Assembly (NCBI RefSeq): GCF_009914755.1
Contig: NC_060936.1
Source of the DNA: the human T2T-CHM13v2.0 reference genome, Homo sapiens
DNA: 64,000 bases
Direction: 5' to 3' (one strand)
Positions 12,901 through 26,500 of the stretch are shown here, in pieces; the first letter of the stretch is position 1; the number at the start of each line of letters is the position of its first letter. Position numbers and translations under genes: made by a program. The notes under the pieces were generated by a model. It made no database searches. It was not told where the DNA came from and saw only the letters and a program-made list of their open reading frames with translations.

Positions 12901-13700
12901 ACTGCACAAATAGGGTGTTTCAAATCTGCTCTGTCTAAAGGAAGGTTCAACTCTGTGAGTTGAATACACACACCACAAATAAGTTACTGAGAATTCTTCT
13001 GTCGAACATTACTTGAAGAAATCCCGTTTCCAACGAAGGCCTCAAAGAGGTCCAAATATCCACTTGCAGACATTACAAACAGATTGTTTCCAACCTACTC
13101 CATCAAAAGAAAGGTTAAACTCTGTGAGCTGAACACACACATCAAAAAGAAGTTTCTGTGAATGATTCTGTCTAGATTTTATAAGAAGATGTTTCCTTTT
13201 CTACCGTAGGCCTCAAAGCGCTTGAAATCTCCAGCTGCAAATTCCACAAAAAGGGTGTTTAACATCTGCTCTTCTAAAGGAAAGTTCAACTCTATGAGTT
13301 GAATACACACAGCACAAAGAAGTTACTGAGACTTCTCCTATCAAACATTATATGAAGAAATCCCGTTTCCAACGAAGGCCTCAAAGAGGTCCAAATATCT
13401 GCTTGCAGACTTTACAGACAGAGTGTTTCCAAACTGCTCCATCAAAAGAAAGGTTAACCTCCTTGAGTTGAACACACACATCACAAAGTAGTTTCTGTGA
13501 ATGATTCTGTCTAGTTTTTATACGAAGATGTTTCCTTTTCTACCTTTGGTCTCAAAGCGATTGAAATCTCCACATGGAAACTCCACAAAAAGAGTGTTTC
13601 AAATCTGCTCTTTCTGAAGGAAGGTTCATCTCTGTGAGTTGAATACACACACCACAAATAAGTTACTGAGAATTCTTCTGTGTAACATTATATGAGGAAA

Positions 13701-14719
13701 TCCCGTTTCCAACGAAGGCCTCAAAGAGGTCCAAATATCCACTTGCAGACTTTACAAAGACAGTGTCTCCAAACTCCTCCATCAAAAGAAAGGTTATACT
13801 CTGTGAATTGAACGCACACATCACAAAGTAGTTTCTGAGAATGATTCTGTCTAGTTTTTATACGAAGATGTTTCCTTTTCTACATTTGGTCTCAAAGCGA
13901 TTGAAATCTCCAACTGGAAACTGCACAAATAGGGTGTTTCAAATCTGCTCTGTCTAAAGGAAGGTTCAACTCTGTGAGTTGAATACACACACCACAAATA
14001 AGTTACTGAGAATTCTTCTGTCGAACATTACATGAAGAAATCCCGTTTCCAACGAAGGCCTCAAAGACGTCCAAATATCCACTTGCAGACATTACAAACA
14101 GAGTGTTTCCAAACTGCTCCATCAAAAGAAAGGTTAAACTCTGTGAGCTGAACACACACATCAAAAAGAAGTTTCTGTGAATGATTCTGTCTAGATTTTA
14201 TAAGAAGTTGTTTCCTTTTCTACCGTAGGCCTCAAAGCGCTTGAAATCTCCAGCTGCAAATTCCACAAAAAGGGTGTTTAACATCTGCTCTTCTAAAGGA
14301 AAGTTCAACTCTATGAGTTGAATACACACAGCACAAAGAAGTTACTGAGACTTCTTCTGTCTAACATTATATGAAGAAATCCCGTTTCCAACGAAGGCCT
14401 CAAAGAGGTCCAAATATCTGCCTGCAGACTTTACAGACAGAGTGTTTCCAAACTGCTCCATCAAAAGAAAGGTTAAACTCCTTGAGTTGAACACACACAT
14501 CACAAAGTAGTTTCTGTGAATGATTCTGTCTAGTTTTTATACGAAGATGTTTCCTTTTCTACCTTTGGTCTCAAAGCGATTGAAATCTCCACATGGAAAC
14601 TCCACAAAAAGAGTGTTTCAAATCTGCTCTTTCTGAAGGAAGGTTCATCTCTGTGAGTTGAATACACACACCACAAATAAGTTACTGAGAATTCTTCTGT
14701 GTAACATTATATGAGGAAA
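13701..14719. repeat. 6-mer HOR structural variant (1,019 bp) lacking dimer B
   Basis: The A box at 13701 is followed directly by a C box at 14041, D at 14380 and A at 14720. The B-specific motifs gaggcaacac, ggcccc and aagctt are absent from this unit. Confidence 0.93.
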
Positions 14720-17064
14720 TCCCGTTTCCAACGAAGGCCTCAAAGAGGTCCAAATATCCACTTGCAGACTTTACAAGGACAGTGTCTCCAAACTCCTCCA
14801 TCAAAAGAAAGGTTATACTCTGTGAATTGAACGCACACATCACAAAGTAGTTTCTGAGAATGATTCTGTCTAGTTTTTATACGAAGATATTTCCTTTTCT
14901 ACATTTGGCCTAAAAGCGCTTGAAATCTCCACCTGCAAATATCACAAAAAGAGGGTTTCACATCTGCTCTGTCTAAAGGACAGTTCACCTCTGTGAGTTG
15001 AATAGAGGCAACACAAAGAACTTACTCAGTATTCTTCTTTCTAGCGTTCTATGAAGAAATCCCGTTTCCAACGAAGGCCCCAAAGAGGTCCAAATATCTG
15101 CTTGCAGACTTTACAGACAGAGTGTTTCCAAACTACTCTATGAAAAGAAAGCTTAAACTCCTTGAGTTGAACGCACACATCACAAAGTACTTTCTGAGAA
15201 TGATTCTGTCTAGTTGTTATACGAAGATGTTTCCTTTTCTACATTTGGTCTCAAAGCGATTGAAATCTCCAACTGGAAACTGCACAAATAGGGTGTTTCA
15301 AATCTGCTCTGTCTAAAGGAAGGTTCAACTCTGTGAGTTGAATACACACACCACAAATAAGTTACTGAGAATTCTTCTTTCGAACACTACTTGAAGAAAT
15401 CCCGTTTCCAACGAAGGCCTCAAAGAGGTCCAAATATCCACTTGCAGACATTACAAACAGAGTGTTTCCAAACTGCTCCATCAAAAGAAAGGTTAAACTC
15501 TGTGAGCTGAACACACACATCAAAAAGAAGTTTCTGTGAATGATTCTGTCTAGATTTTATAAGAAGATGTTTCCTTTTCTACCGTAGGCCTCAAAGCGCT
15601 TGAAATCTCCAGCTGCAAATTCCACAAAAAGGGTGTTTAACATCTGCTCTTCTAAAGGAAAGTTCAACTCTATGAGTTGAATACACACAGCACAAAGAAG
15701 TTACTGAGACTTCTCCTATCAAACATTATATGAAGAAATCCCGTTTCCAACGAAGGACTCAAAGAGGTCCAAATATCTGCTTGCAGACTTTACAGACAGA
15801 GTGTTTCCAAACTGCTCCATCAAAAGAAAGGTTAAACTCCTTGAGTTGAACACACACATCACAAAGTAGTTTCTGTGAATGATTCTGTCTAGTTTTTATA
15901 CGAAGATGTTTCCTTTTCTACATTTGGTCTCAAAGCGATTGAAATCTCCAACTGGAAACTGCACAAATAGGGTGTTTCAAATCTGCTCTGTCTAAAGGAA
16001 AGTTCAACTCTGTGAGTTGAATACACACACCACAAATAAGTTACTGAGAATTCTTCTTTCGAACACTACTTGAAGAAATCCCGTTTCCAACGAAGGCCTC
16101 AAAGAGGTCCAAATATCCACTTGCAGACATTACAAACAGAGTGTTTCCAAACTGCTCCATCAAAAGAAAGGTTATACTCTGTGAATTGAACGCACACATC
16201 ACAAAGTAGTTTCTGAGAATGATTCTGTCTAGTTTTTATACGAAGATATTTCCTTTTCTACATTTGGCCTAAAAGCGCTTGAAATCTCCACCTGCAAATA
16301 TCACAAAAAGAGGGTTTCACATCTGCTCTGTCTAAAGGACAGTTCACCTCTGTGAGTTGAATAGAGGCAACACAAAGAACTTACTCAGTATTCTTCTTTC
16401 TAGCGTTCTATGAAGAAATCCCGTTTCCAACGAAGGCCCCAAAGAGGTCCAAATATCTGCTTGCAGACTTTACAGACAGAGTGTTTCCAAACTCCTCCAT
16501 CAAAAGAAAGGTTATACTCTGTGAATTGAACGCACACATCACAAAGTAGTTTCTGAGAATGATTCTGTCTAGTTTTTATACGAAGATGTTTCCTTTTCTA
16601 CATTTGGTCTCAAAGCGATTGAAATCTCCAACTGGAAACTGCACAAATAGGGTGTTTCAAATCTGCTCTGTCTAAAGGAAGGTTCAACTCTGTGAGTTGA
16701 ATACACACACCACAAATAAGTTACTGAGAATTCTTCTGTCGAACATTACATGAAGAAATCCCGTTTCCAACGAAGGCCTCAAAGACGTCCAAATATCCAC
16801 TTGCAGACATTACAAACAGAGTGTTTCCAAACTGCTCCATCAAAAGAAAGGTTAAACTCTGTGAGCTGAACACACACATCAAAAAGAAGTTTCTGTGAAT
16901 GATTCTGTCTAGATTTTATAAGAAGATGTTTCCTTTTCTACCGTAGGCCTCAAAGCGCTTGAAATCTCCAGCTGCAAATTCCACAAAAAGGGTGTTTAAC
17001 ATCTGCTCTTCTAAAGGAAAGTTCAACTCTATGAGTTGAATACACACAGCACAAAGAAGTTACT

Positions 17065-20000
17065 GGGACTTCTTCTGTCTAACATTATATGAAGAAATCC
17101 CGTTTCCAACGAAGGCCTCAAAGAGGTCCAAATATCTGCTTGCAGACTTTACAGACAGAGTGTTTCCAAACTGCTCCATCAAAAGAAAGGTTAAACTCCT
17201 TGAGTTGAACACACACATCACAAAGTAGTTTCTGTGAATGATTCTGTCTAGTTTTTATACGAAGATGTTTCCTTTTCTACCTTTGGTCTCAAAGCGATTG
17301 AAATCTCCACATGGAAACTCCACAAAAAGAGTGTTTCAAATCTGCTCTTTCTGAAGGAAGGTTCATCTCTGTGAGTTGAATACACACACCACAAATAAGT
17401 TACTGAGAATTCTTCTGTGTAACATTATATGAGGAAATCCCGTTTCCAACGAAGGCCTCAAAGACGTCCAAATATCCACTTGCAGACTTTACAAAGACAG
17501 TGTCTCCAAACTCCTCCATCAAAAGAAAGGTTATACTCTGTGAATTGAACGCACACATCACAAAGTAGTTTCTGAGAATGATTCTGTCTAGTTTTTATAC
17601 GAAGATATTTCCTTTTCTACATTTGGCCTAAAAGCGCTTGAAATCTCCACCTGCAAATATCACAAAAAGAGGGTTTCACATCTGCTCTCTCTAAAGGACA
17701 GTTCACCTCTGTGAGTTGAATAGAGGCAACACAAAGAACTTACTCAGTATTCTTCTTTCTAGCGTTGTATGAAGAAATCCCGTTTCCAACGAAGGCCCCA
17801 AAGAGGTCCAAATATCTCCTTGCAGACTTTACAGACAGAGTGTTTCCAAACTACTCTATGAAAAGAAAGCTTAAACTCCTTGAGTTGAACGCACACATCA
17901 CAAAGTAGTTTCTGAGAATGATTCTGTCTAGTTGTTATATGAAGAAGTTTCCTTTTCTACATTTGGTCTCAAAGCGATTGAAATCTCCAACTGGAAACTG
18001 CACAAATAGGGTGTTTCAAATCTGCTCTGTCTAAAGGAAGGTTCAACTCTGTGAGTTGAATACACACACCACAAATAAGTTACTGAGAATTCTTCTGTCG
18101 AACATTACTTGAAGAAATCCCGTTTCCAACGAAGGCCTCAAAGAGGTCCAAATATCCACTTGCAGACATTACAAACAGAGTGTTTCCAAACTGCTCCATC
18201 AAAAGAAAGGTTAAACTCTGTGAGCTGAACACACACATCAAAAAGAAGTTTCTGTGAATGATTCTGTCTAGATTTTAGAAGAAGATGTTCCCTTTTCTAC
18301 CGTAGGCCTCAAAGCGCTTGAAATCTCCAGCTGCAAATTCCACAAAAAGGGTGTTTAACATCTGCTCTTCTAAAGGAAAGTTCAACTCTATGAGTTGAAT
18401 ACACACAACACAAAGAAGTTACTGAGACTTCTCCTATCAAACATTATATGAAGAAATCCCGTTTCCAACGAAGGCCTCAAAGAGGTCCAAATATCTGCTT
18501 GCAGACTTTACAGACAGAGTGTTTCCAAACTGCTCCATCAAAAGAAAGGTTAAACTCCTTGAGTTGAACACACACATCACAAAGTAGTTTCTGTGAATGA
18601 TTCTGTCTAGTTTGTATACGAAGATGTTTCCTTTTCTACCTTTGGTCTCAAAGCGATTGAAATCTCCACATGGAAACTCCACAAAAAGAGTGTTTCAAAT
18701 CTGCTCTTTCTGAAGGAAGGTTCATCTCTGTGAGTTGAATACACACACCACAAATAAGTTACTGAGAATTCTTCTGTGTAACATTATATGAGGAAATCCC
18801 GTTTCCAACGAAGGCCTCAAAGAGGTCCAAATATCCACTTGCAGACTTTACAAAGACAGTGTCTCCAAACTCCTCCATCAAAAGAAAGGTTATACTCTGT
18901 GAATTGAACGCACACATCACAAAGTAGTTTCTGAGAATGATTCTGTCTAGTTTTTATACGAAGATATTTCCTTTTCTACATTTGGCCTAAAAGCGCTTGA
19001 AATCTCCACCTGCAAATATCACAAAAAGAGGGTTTCACATCTGCTCTGTCTAAAGGACAGTTCACCTCTGTGAGTTGAATAGAGGCAACACAAAGAACTT
19101 ACTCAGTATTCTTCTTTCTAGCGTTCTATGAAGAAATCCCGTTTCCAACGAAGGCCCCAAAGAGGTCCAAATATCTGCTTGCAGACTTTACAGACAGAGT
19201 GTTTCCAAACTACTCTATGAAAAGAAAGCTTAAACTCCTTGAGTTGAACGCACACATCACAAAGTAGTTTCTGAGAATGATTCTGTCTAGTTGTTATACG
19301 AAGATGTTTCCTTTTCTACATTTGGTCTCAAAGCGATTGAAATCTCCAACTGGAAACTGCACAAATAGGGTGTTTCAAATCTGCTCTGTCTAAAGGAAGG
19401 TTCAACTCTGTGAGTTGAATACACACACCACAAATAAGTTACTGAGAATTCTTCTTTCGAACATTACTTGAAGAAATCCCGTTTCCAACGAAGACCTCAA
19501 AGAGGTCCAAATATCCACTTGCAGACATTACAAACAGAGTGTTTCCAAACTGCTCCATCAAAAGAAAGGTTAAACTCTGTGAGCTGAACACACACATCAA
19601 AAAGAAGTTTCTGTGAATGATTCTGTCTAGATTTTATAAGAAGATGTTTCCTTTTCTACAGTAGGCCTCAAAGCGCTTGAAATCTCCAGCTGCAAATTCC
19701 ACAAAAAGGGTGTTTAACATCTGCTCTTCTAAAGGAAAGTTCAACTCTATGAGTTGAATACACACAGCACAAAGAAGTTACTGAGACTTCTCCTATCAAA
19801 CATTATATGAAGAAATCCCGTTTCCAACGAAGGCCTCAAAGAGGTCCAAATATCTGCTTGCAGACTTTACAGACAGAGTGTTTCCAAACTGCTCCATCAA
19901 AAGAAAGGTTAAACTCCTTGAGTTGAACACACACATCACAAAGTAGTTTCTGTGAATGATTCTGTCTAGTTTTTATACGAAGATGTTTCCTTTTCTACCT

Positions 20001-23000
20001 TTGGTCTCAAAGCGATTGAAATCTCCACATGGAAACTCCACAAAAAGAGTGTTTCAAATCTGCTCTTTCTGAAGGAAGGTTCATCTCTGTGAGTTGAATA
20101 CACACACCACAAATAAGTTACTGAGAATTCTTCTGTGTAACATTATATGAGGAAATCCCGTTTCCAACGAAGGCCTCAAAGAGCTCCAAATATCCACTTG
20201 CAGACTTTACAAAGACAGTGTCTCCAAACTCCTCCACCAAAAGAAAGGTTATACTCTGTGAATTGAACGCACACATCACAAAGTAGTTTCTGAGAATGAT
20301 TCTGTCTAGTTTTTATACGAAGATATTTCCTTTTCTACATTTGGCCTAAAAGCGCTTGAAATCTCCACCTGCAAATATCACAAAATGAGGGTTTCACATC
20401 TGCTCTGTCTAAAGGACAGTTCACCTCTGTGAGTTGAATAGAGGCAACACAAAGAACTTACTCAGTATTCTTCTTTCTAGCGTTCTATGAAGAAATCCCG
20501 TTTCCAACGAAGGCCCCAAAGAGGTCCAAATATCTGCTTGCAGACTTTACAGACAGAGTGTTTCCAAACTACTCTATGAAAAGAAAGCTTAAACTCCTTG
20601 AGTTGAACGCACACATCACAAAGTAGTTTCTGAGAATGATTCTGTCTAGTTTTTATACGAAGATGTTTCCTTTTCTACGTTTGGTCTCAAAGCGATTGAA
20701 ATCTCCAACTGGAAACTGCACAAATAGGGTGTTTCAAATCTGCTCTGTCTAAAGGAAGGTTCAACTCTGTGAGTTGAATACACACACCACAAATAAGTTA
20801 CTGAGAATTCTTCTGTCGAACATTACTTGAAGAAATCCCGTTTCCAACGAAGGCCTCAAAGAGGTCCAAATATCCACTTGCAGACATTACAAACAGATTG
20901 TTTCCAACCTGCTCCATCAAAAGAAAGGTTAAACTCTGTGAGCTGAACACACACATCAAAAAGAAGTTTCTGTGAATGATTCTGTCTAGATTTTATAAGA
21001 AGATGTTTCCTTTTCTACCGTAGGCCTCAAAGCGCTTGAAATCTCCAGCTGCAAATTCCACAAAAAGGGTGTTTAACATCTGCTCTTCTAAAGGAAAGTT
21101 CAACTCTATGAGTTGAATACACACAGCACAAAGAAGTTACTGAGACTTCTCCTATCAAACATTATATGAAGAAATCCCGTTTCCAACGAAGGCCTCAAAG
21201 AGGTCCAAATATCTGCTTGCAGACTTTACAGACAGAGTGTTTCCAAACTGCTCCATCAAAAGAAAGGTTAACCTCCTTGAGTTGAACACACACATCACAA
21301 AGTAGTTTCTGTGAATGATTCTGTCTAGTTTTTATACGAAGATGTTTCCTTTTCTACCTTTGGTCTCAAAGCGATTGAAATCTCCACATGGAAACTCCAC
21401 AAAAAGAGTGTTTCAAATCTGCTCTTTCTGAAGGAAGGTTCATCTCTGTGAGTTGAATACACACACCACAAATAAGTTACTGAGAATTCTTCTGTGTAAC
21501 ATTATATGAGGAAATCCCGTTTCCAACGAAGGCCTCAAAGAGGTCCAAATATCCACTTGCAGACTTTACAAAGACAGTGTCTCCAAACTCCTCCATCAAA
21601 AGAAAGGTTATACTCTGTGAATTGAACGCACACATCACAAAGTAGTTTCTGAGAATGATTCTGTCTAGTTTTTATACGAAGATATTTCCTTTTCTACATT
21701 TGGCCTAAAAGCGCTTGAAATCTCCACCTGCAAATATCACAAAAAGAGGGTTTCACATCTGCTCTGTCTAAAGGACAGTTCACCTCTGTGAGTTGAATAG
21801 AGGCAACACAAAGAACTTACTCAGTATTCTTCTTTCTAGCGTTCTTTGAAGAAATCCCGTTTCCAACGAAGGCCCCAAAGAGGTCTAAATATCTGCTTGC
21901 AGACTTTACAGACAGAGTGTTTCCAAACTACTCTATGAAAAGAAAGCTTAAACTCCTTGAGTTGAACGCACACATCACAAAGTAGTTTCTGAGAATGATT
22001 CTGTCTAGTTTTTATACGAAGATGTTTCCTTTTCTACATTTGGTCTCAAAGCGATTGAAATCTCCAACTGGAAACTGCACAAATAGGGTGTTTCAAATCT
22101 GCTCTGTCTAAAGGAAGGTTCAACTCTGTGAGTTGAATACACACACCACAAATAAGTTACTGAGAATTCTTCTGTCGAACATTACATGAAGAAATCCCGT
22201 TTCCAACGAAGGCCTCAAAGACGTCCAAATATCCACTTGCAGACATTACAAACAGAGTGTTTCCAAACTGCTCCATCAAAAGAAAGGTTAAACTCTGTGA
22301 GCTGAACACACACATCAAAAAGAAGTTTCTGTGAATGATTCTGTCTAGATTTTATATGAAGATGTTTCCTTTTCTACCGTAGGCCTCAAAGCGCTTGAAA
22401 TCTCCAGCTGCAAATTCCACAAAAAGGGTGTTTAACATCTGCTCTTCTAAAGGAAAGTTCAACTCTATGAGTTGAATACACACAGCACAAAGAAGTTACT
22501 GAGACTTCTTCTGTCTAACATTATATGAAGAAATCCCGTTTCCAACGAAGGCCTCAAAGAGGTCCAAATATCTGCCTGCAGACTTTACAGACAGAGTGTT
22601 TCCAAACTGCTCCATCAAAAGAAAGGTTAAACTCCTTGAGTTGAACACACACATCACAAAGTAGTTTCTGTGAATGATTCTGTCTAGTTTTTATACGAAG
22701 ATGTTTCCTTTTCTACATTTGGTCTCAAAGCGATTGAAATCTCCACATGGAAACTGCACAAATAGGGTGTTTCAAATCTGCTCTGTCTAAAGGAAGGTTC
22801 AACTCTGTGAGTTGAATACACACACCACAAATAAGTTACTGAGAATTCTTCTTTCGAACACTACTTGAAGAAATCCCGTTTCCAACGAAGGCCTCAAAGA
22901 GGTCCAAATATCCACTTGCAGACATTACAAACAGAGTGTTTCCAAACTGCTCCATCAAAAGAAAGGTTATACTCTGTGAATTGAACGCACACATCACAAA

Positions 23001-23530
23001 GTAGTTTCTGAGAATGATTCTGTCTAGTTTTTATACGAAGATATTTCCTTTTCTACATTTGGCCTAAAAGCGCTTGAAATCTCCACCTGCAAATATCACA
23101 AAAAGAGGGTTTCACATCTGCTCTGTCTAAAGGACAGTTCACCTCTGTGAGTTGAATAGAGGCAACACAAAGAACTTACTCAGTATTCTTCTTTCTAGCG
23201 TTCTATGAAGAAATCCCGTTTCCAACGAAGGCCCCAAAGAGGTCCAAATATCTGCTTGCAGACTTTACAGACAGAGTGTTTCCAAACTACTCTATGAAAA
23301 GAAAGCTTAAACTCCTTGAGTTGAACGCACACATCACAAAGTAGTTTCTGAGAATGATTCTGTCTAGTTGTTATACGAAGATGTTTCCTTTTCTACATTT
23401 GGTCTCAAAGCGATTGAAATCTCCAACTGGAAACTGCACAAATAGGGTGTTTCAAATCTGCTCTGTCTAAAGGAAGGTTCAACTCTGTGAGTTGAATACA
23501 CACACCACAAATAAGTTACTGAGAATTCTT
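17065..23530. repeat. ~6.5-kb block near-identical to ~1101-7566 (offset 15,964 bp)
   Basis: Shared rare variants at a constant offset: gggact 1101/17065, ctctctct 1721/17685, ttgtatg 1801/17765, ttagaagaagatgttccc 2311/18275, tttgtatac 2647/18611, tttgaag 5881/21845. The identical 81-aa ORF lies at 2473 and 18437. Confidence 0.88.
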
Positions 23531-26500
23531 CTTTCGAACACTACTTGAAGAAATCCCGTTTCCAACGAAGGCCTCAAAGAGGTCCAAATATCCACTTGCA
23601 GACATTACAAACAGAGTGTTTCCAAACTGCTCCATCAAAAGAAAGGTTAAACTCTGTGAGCTGAACACACACATCAAAAAGAAGTTTCTGTGAATGATTC
23701 TGTCTAGATTTTATAAGAAGATGTTTCCTTTTCTACCGTAGGCCTCAAAGCGCTTGAAATCTCCAGCTGCAAATTCCACAAAAAGGGTGTTTAACATCTG
23801 CTCTTCTAAAGGAAAGTTCAACTCTATGAGTTGAATACACACAGCACAAAGAAGTTACTGAGACTTCTCCTATCAAACATTATATGAAGAAATCCCGTTT
23901 CCAACGAAGGACTCAAAGAGGTCCAAATATCTGCTTGCAGACTTTACAGACAGAGTGTTTCCAAACTGCTCCATCAAAAGAAAGGTTAAACTCCTTGAGT
24001 TGAACACACACATCACAAAGTAGTTTCTGTGAATGATTCTGTCTAGTTTTTATACGAAGATGTTTCCTTTTCTACATTTGGTCTCAAAGCGATTGAAATC
24101 TCCAACTGGAAACTGCACAAATAGGGTGTTTCAAATCTGCTCTGTCTAAAGGAAGGTTCAACTCTGTGAGTTGAATACACACACCACAAATAAGTTACTG
24201 AGAATTCTTCTTTCGAACACTACTTGAAGAAATCCCGTTTCCAACGAAGGCCTCAAAGAGGTCCAAATATCCACTTGCAGACATTACAAACAGAGTGTTT
24301 CCAAACTGCTCCATCAAAAGAAAGGTTATACTCTGTGAATTGAACGCACACATCACAAAGTAGTTTCTGAGAATGATTCTGTCTAGTTTTTATACGAAGA
24401 TATTTCCTTTTCTACATTTGGCCTAAAAGCGCTTGAAATCTCCACCTGCAAATATCACAAAAAGAGGGTTTCACATCTGCTCTGTCTAAAGGACAGTTCA
24501 CCTCTGTGAGTTGAATAGAGGCAACACAAAGAACTTACTCAGTATTCTTCTTTCTAGCGTTCTATGAAGAAATCCCGTTTCCAACGAAGGCCCCAAAGAG
24601 GTCCAAATATCTGCTTGCAGACTTTACAGACAGAGTGTTTCCAAACTACTCTATGAAAAGAAAGCTTAAACTCCTTGAGTTGAACGCACACATCACAAAG
24701 TAGTTTCTGAGAATGATTCTGTCTAGTTGTTATACGAAGATGTTTCCTTTTCTACATTTGGTCTCAAAGCGATTGAAATCTCCAACTGGAAACTGCACAA
24801 ATAGGGTGTTTCAAATCTGCTCTGTCTAAAGGAAGGTTCAACTCTGTGAGTTGAATACACACACCACAAATAAGTTACTGAGAATTCTTCTTTCGAACAT
24901 TACTTGAAGAAATCCCGTTTCCAACGAAGACCTCAAAGAGGTCCAAATATCCACTTGCAGACATTACAAACAGAGTGTTTCCAAACTGCTCCATCAAAAG
25001 AAAGGTTAAACTCTGTGAGCTGAACACACACATCAAAAAGAAGTTTCTGTGAATGATTCTGTCTAGATTTTATAAGAAGATGTTTCCTTTTCTACAGTAG
25101 GCCTCAAAGCGCTTGAAATCTCCAGCTGCAAATTCCACAAAAAGGGTGTTTAACATCTGCTCTTCTAAAGGAAAGTTCAACTCTATGAGTTGAATACACA
25201 CAGCACAAAGAAGTTACTGAGACTTCTCCTATCAAACATTATATGAAGAAATCCCGTTTCCAACGAAGGCCTCAAAGAGGTCCAAATATCTGCTTGCAGA
25301 CTTTACAGACAGAGTGTTTCCAAACTGCTCCATCAAAAGAAAGGTTAAACTCCTTGAGTTGAACACACACATCACAAAGTAGTTTCTGTGAATGATTCTG
25401 TCTAGTTTTTATACGAAGATGTTTCCTTTTCTACCTTTGGTCTCAAAGCGATTGAAATCTCCACATGGAAACTCCACAAAAAGAGTGTTTCAAATCTGCT
25501 CTTTCTGAAGGAAGGTTCATCTCTGTGAGTTGAATACACACACCACAAATAAGTTACTGAGAATTCTTCTGTGTAACATTATATGAGGAAATCCCGTTTC
25601 CAACGAAGGCCTCAAAGAGCTCCAAATATCCACTTGCAGACTTTACAAAGACAGTGTCTCCAAACTCCTCCACCAAAAGAAAGGTTATACTCTGTGAATT
25701 GAACGCACACATCACAAAGTAGTTTCTGAGAATGATTCTGTCTAGTTTTTATACGAAGATATTTCCTTTTCTACATTTGGCCTAAAAGCGCTTGAAATCT
25801 CCACCTGCAAATATCACAAAATGAGGGTTTCACATCTGCTCTGTCTAAAGGACAGTTCACCTCTGTGAGTTGAATAGAGGCAACACAAAGAACTTACTCA
25901 GTATTCTTCTTTCTAGCGTTCTATGAAGAAATCCCGTTTCCAACGAAGGCCCCAAAGAGGTCCAAATATCTGCTTGCAGACTTTACAGACAGAGTGTTTC
26001 CAAACTACTCTATGAAAAGAAAGCTTAAACTCCTTGAGTTGAACGCACACATCACAAAGTAGTTTCTGAGAATGATTCTGTCTAGTTTTTATACGAAGAT
26101 GTTTCCTTTTCTACGTTTGGTCTCAAAGCGATTGAAATCTCCAACTGGAAACTGCACAAATAGGGTGTTTCAAATCTGCTCTGTCTAAAGGAAGGTTCAA
26201 CTCTGTGAGTTGAATACACACACCACAAATAAGTTACTGAGAATTCTTCTGTCGAACATTACTTGAAGAAATCCCGTTTCCAACGAAGGCCTCAAAGAGG
26301 TCCAAATATCCACTTGCAGACATTACAAACAGATTGTTTCCAACCTGCTCCATCAAAAGAAAGGTTAAACTCTGTGAGCTGAACACACACATCAAAAAGA
26401 AGTTTCTGTGAATGATTCTGTCTAGATTTTATAAGAAGATGTTTCCTTTTCTACCGTAGGCCTCAAAGCGCTTGAAATCTCCAGCTGCAAATTCCACAAA

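Noticed and set aside
15122-15316. 64-aa plus-strand ORF with GTG start
   Set aside because: Created by a single tag>tac change at 15190; no coding evidence.
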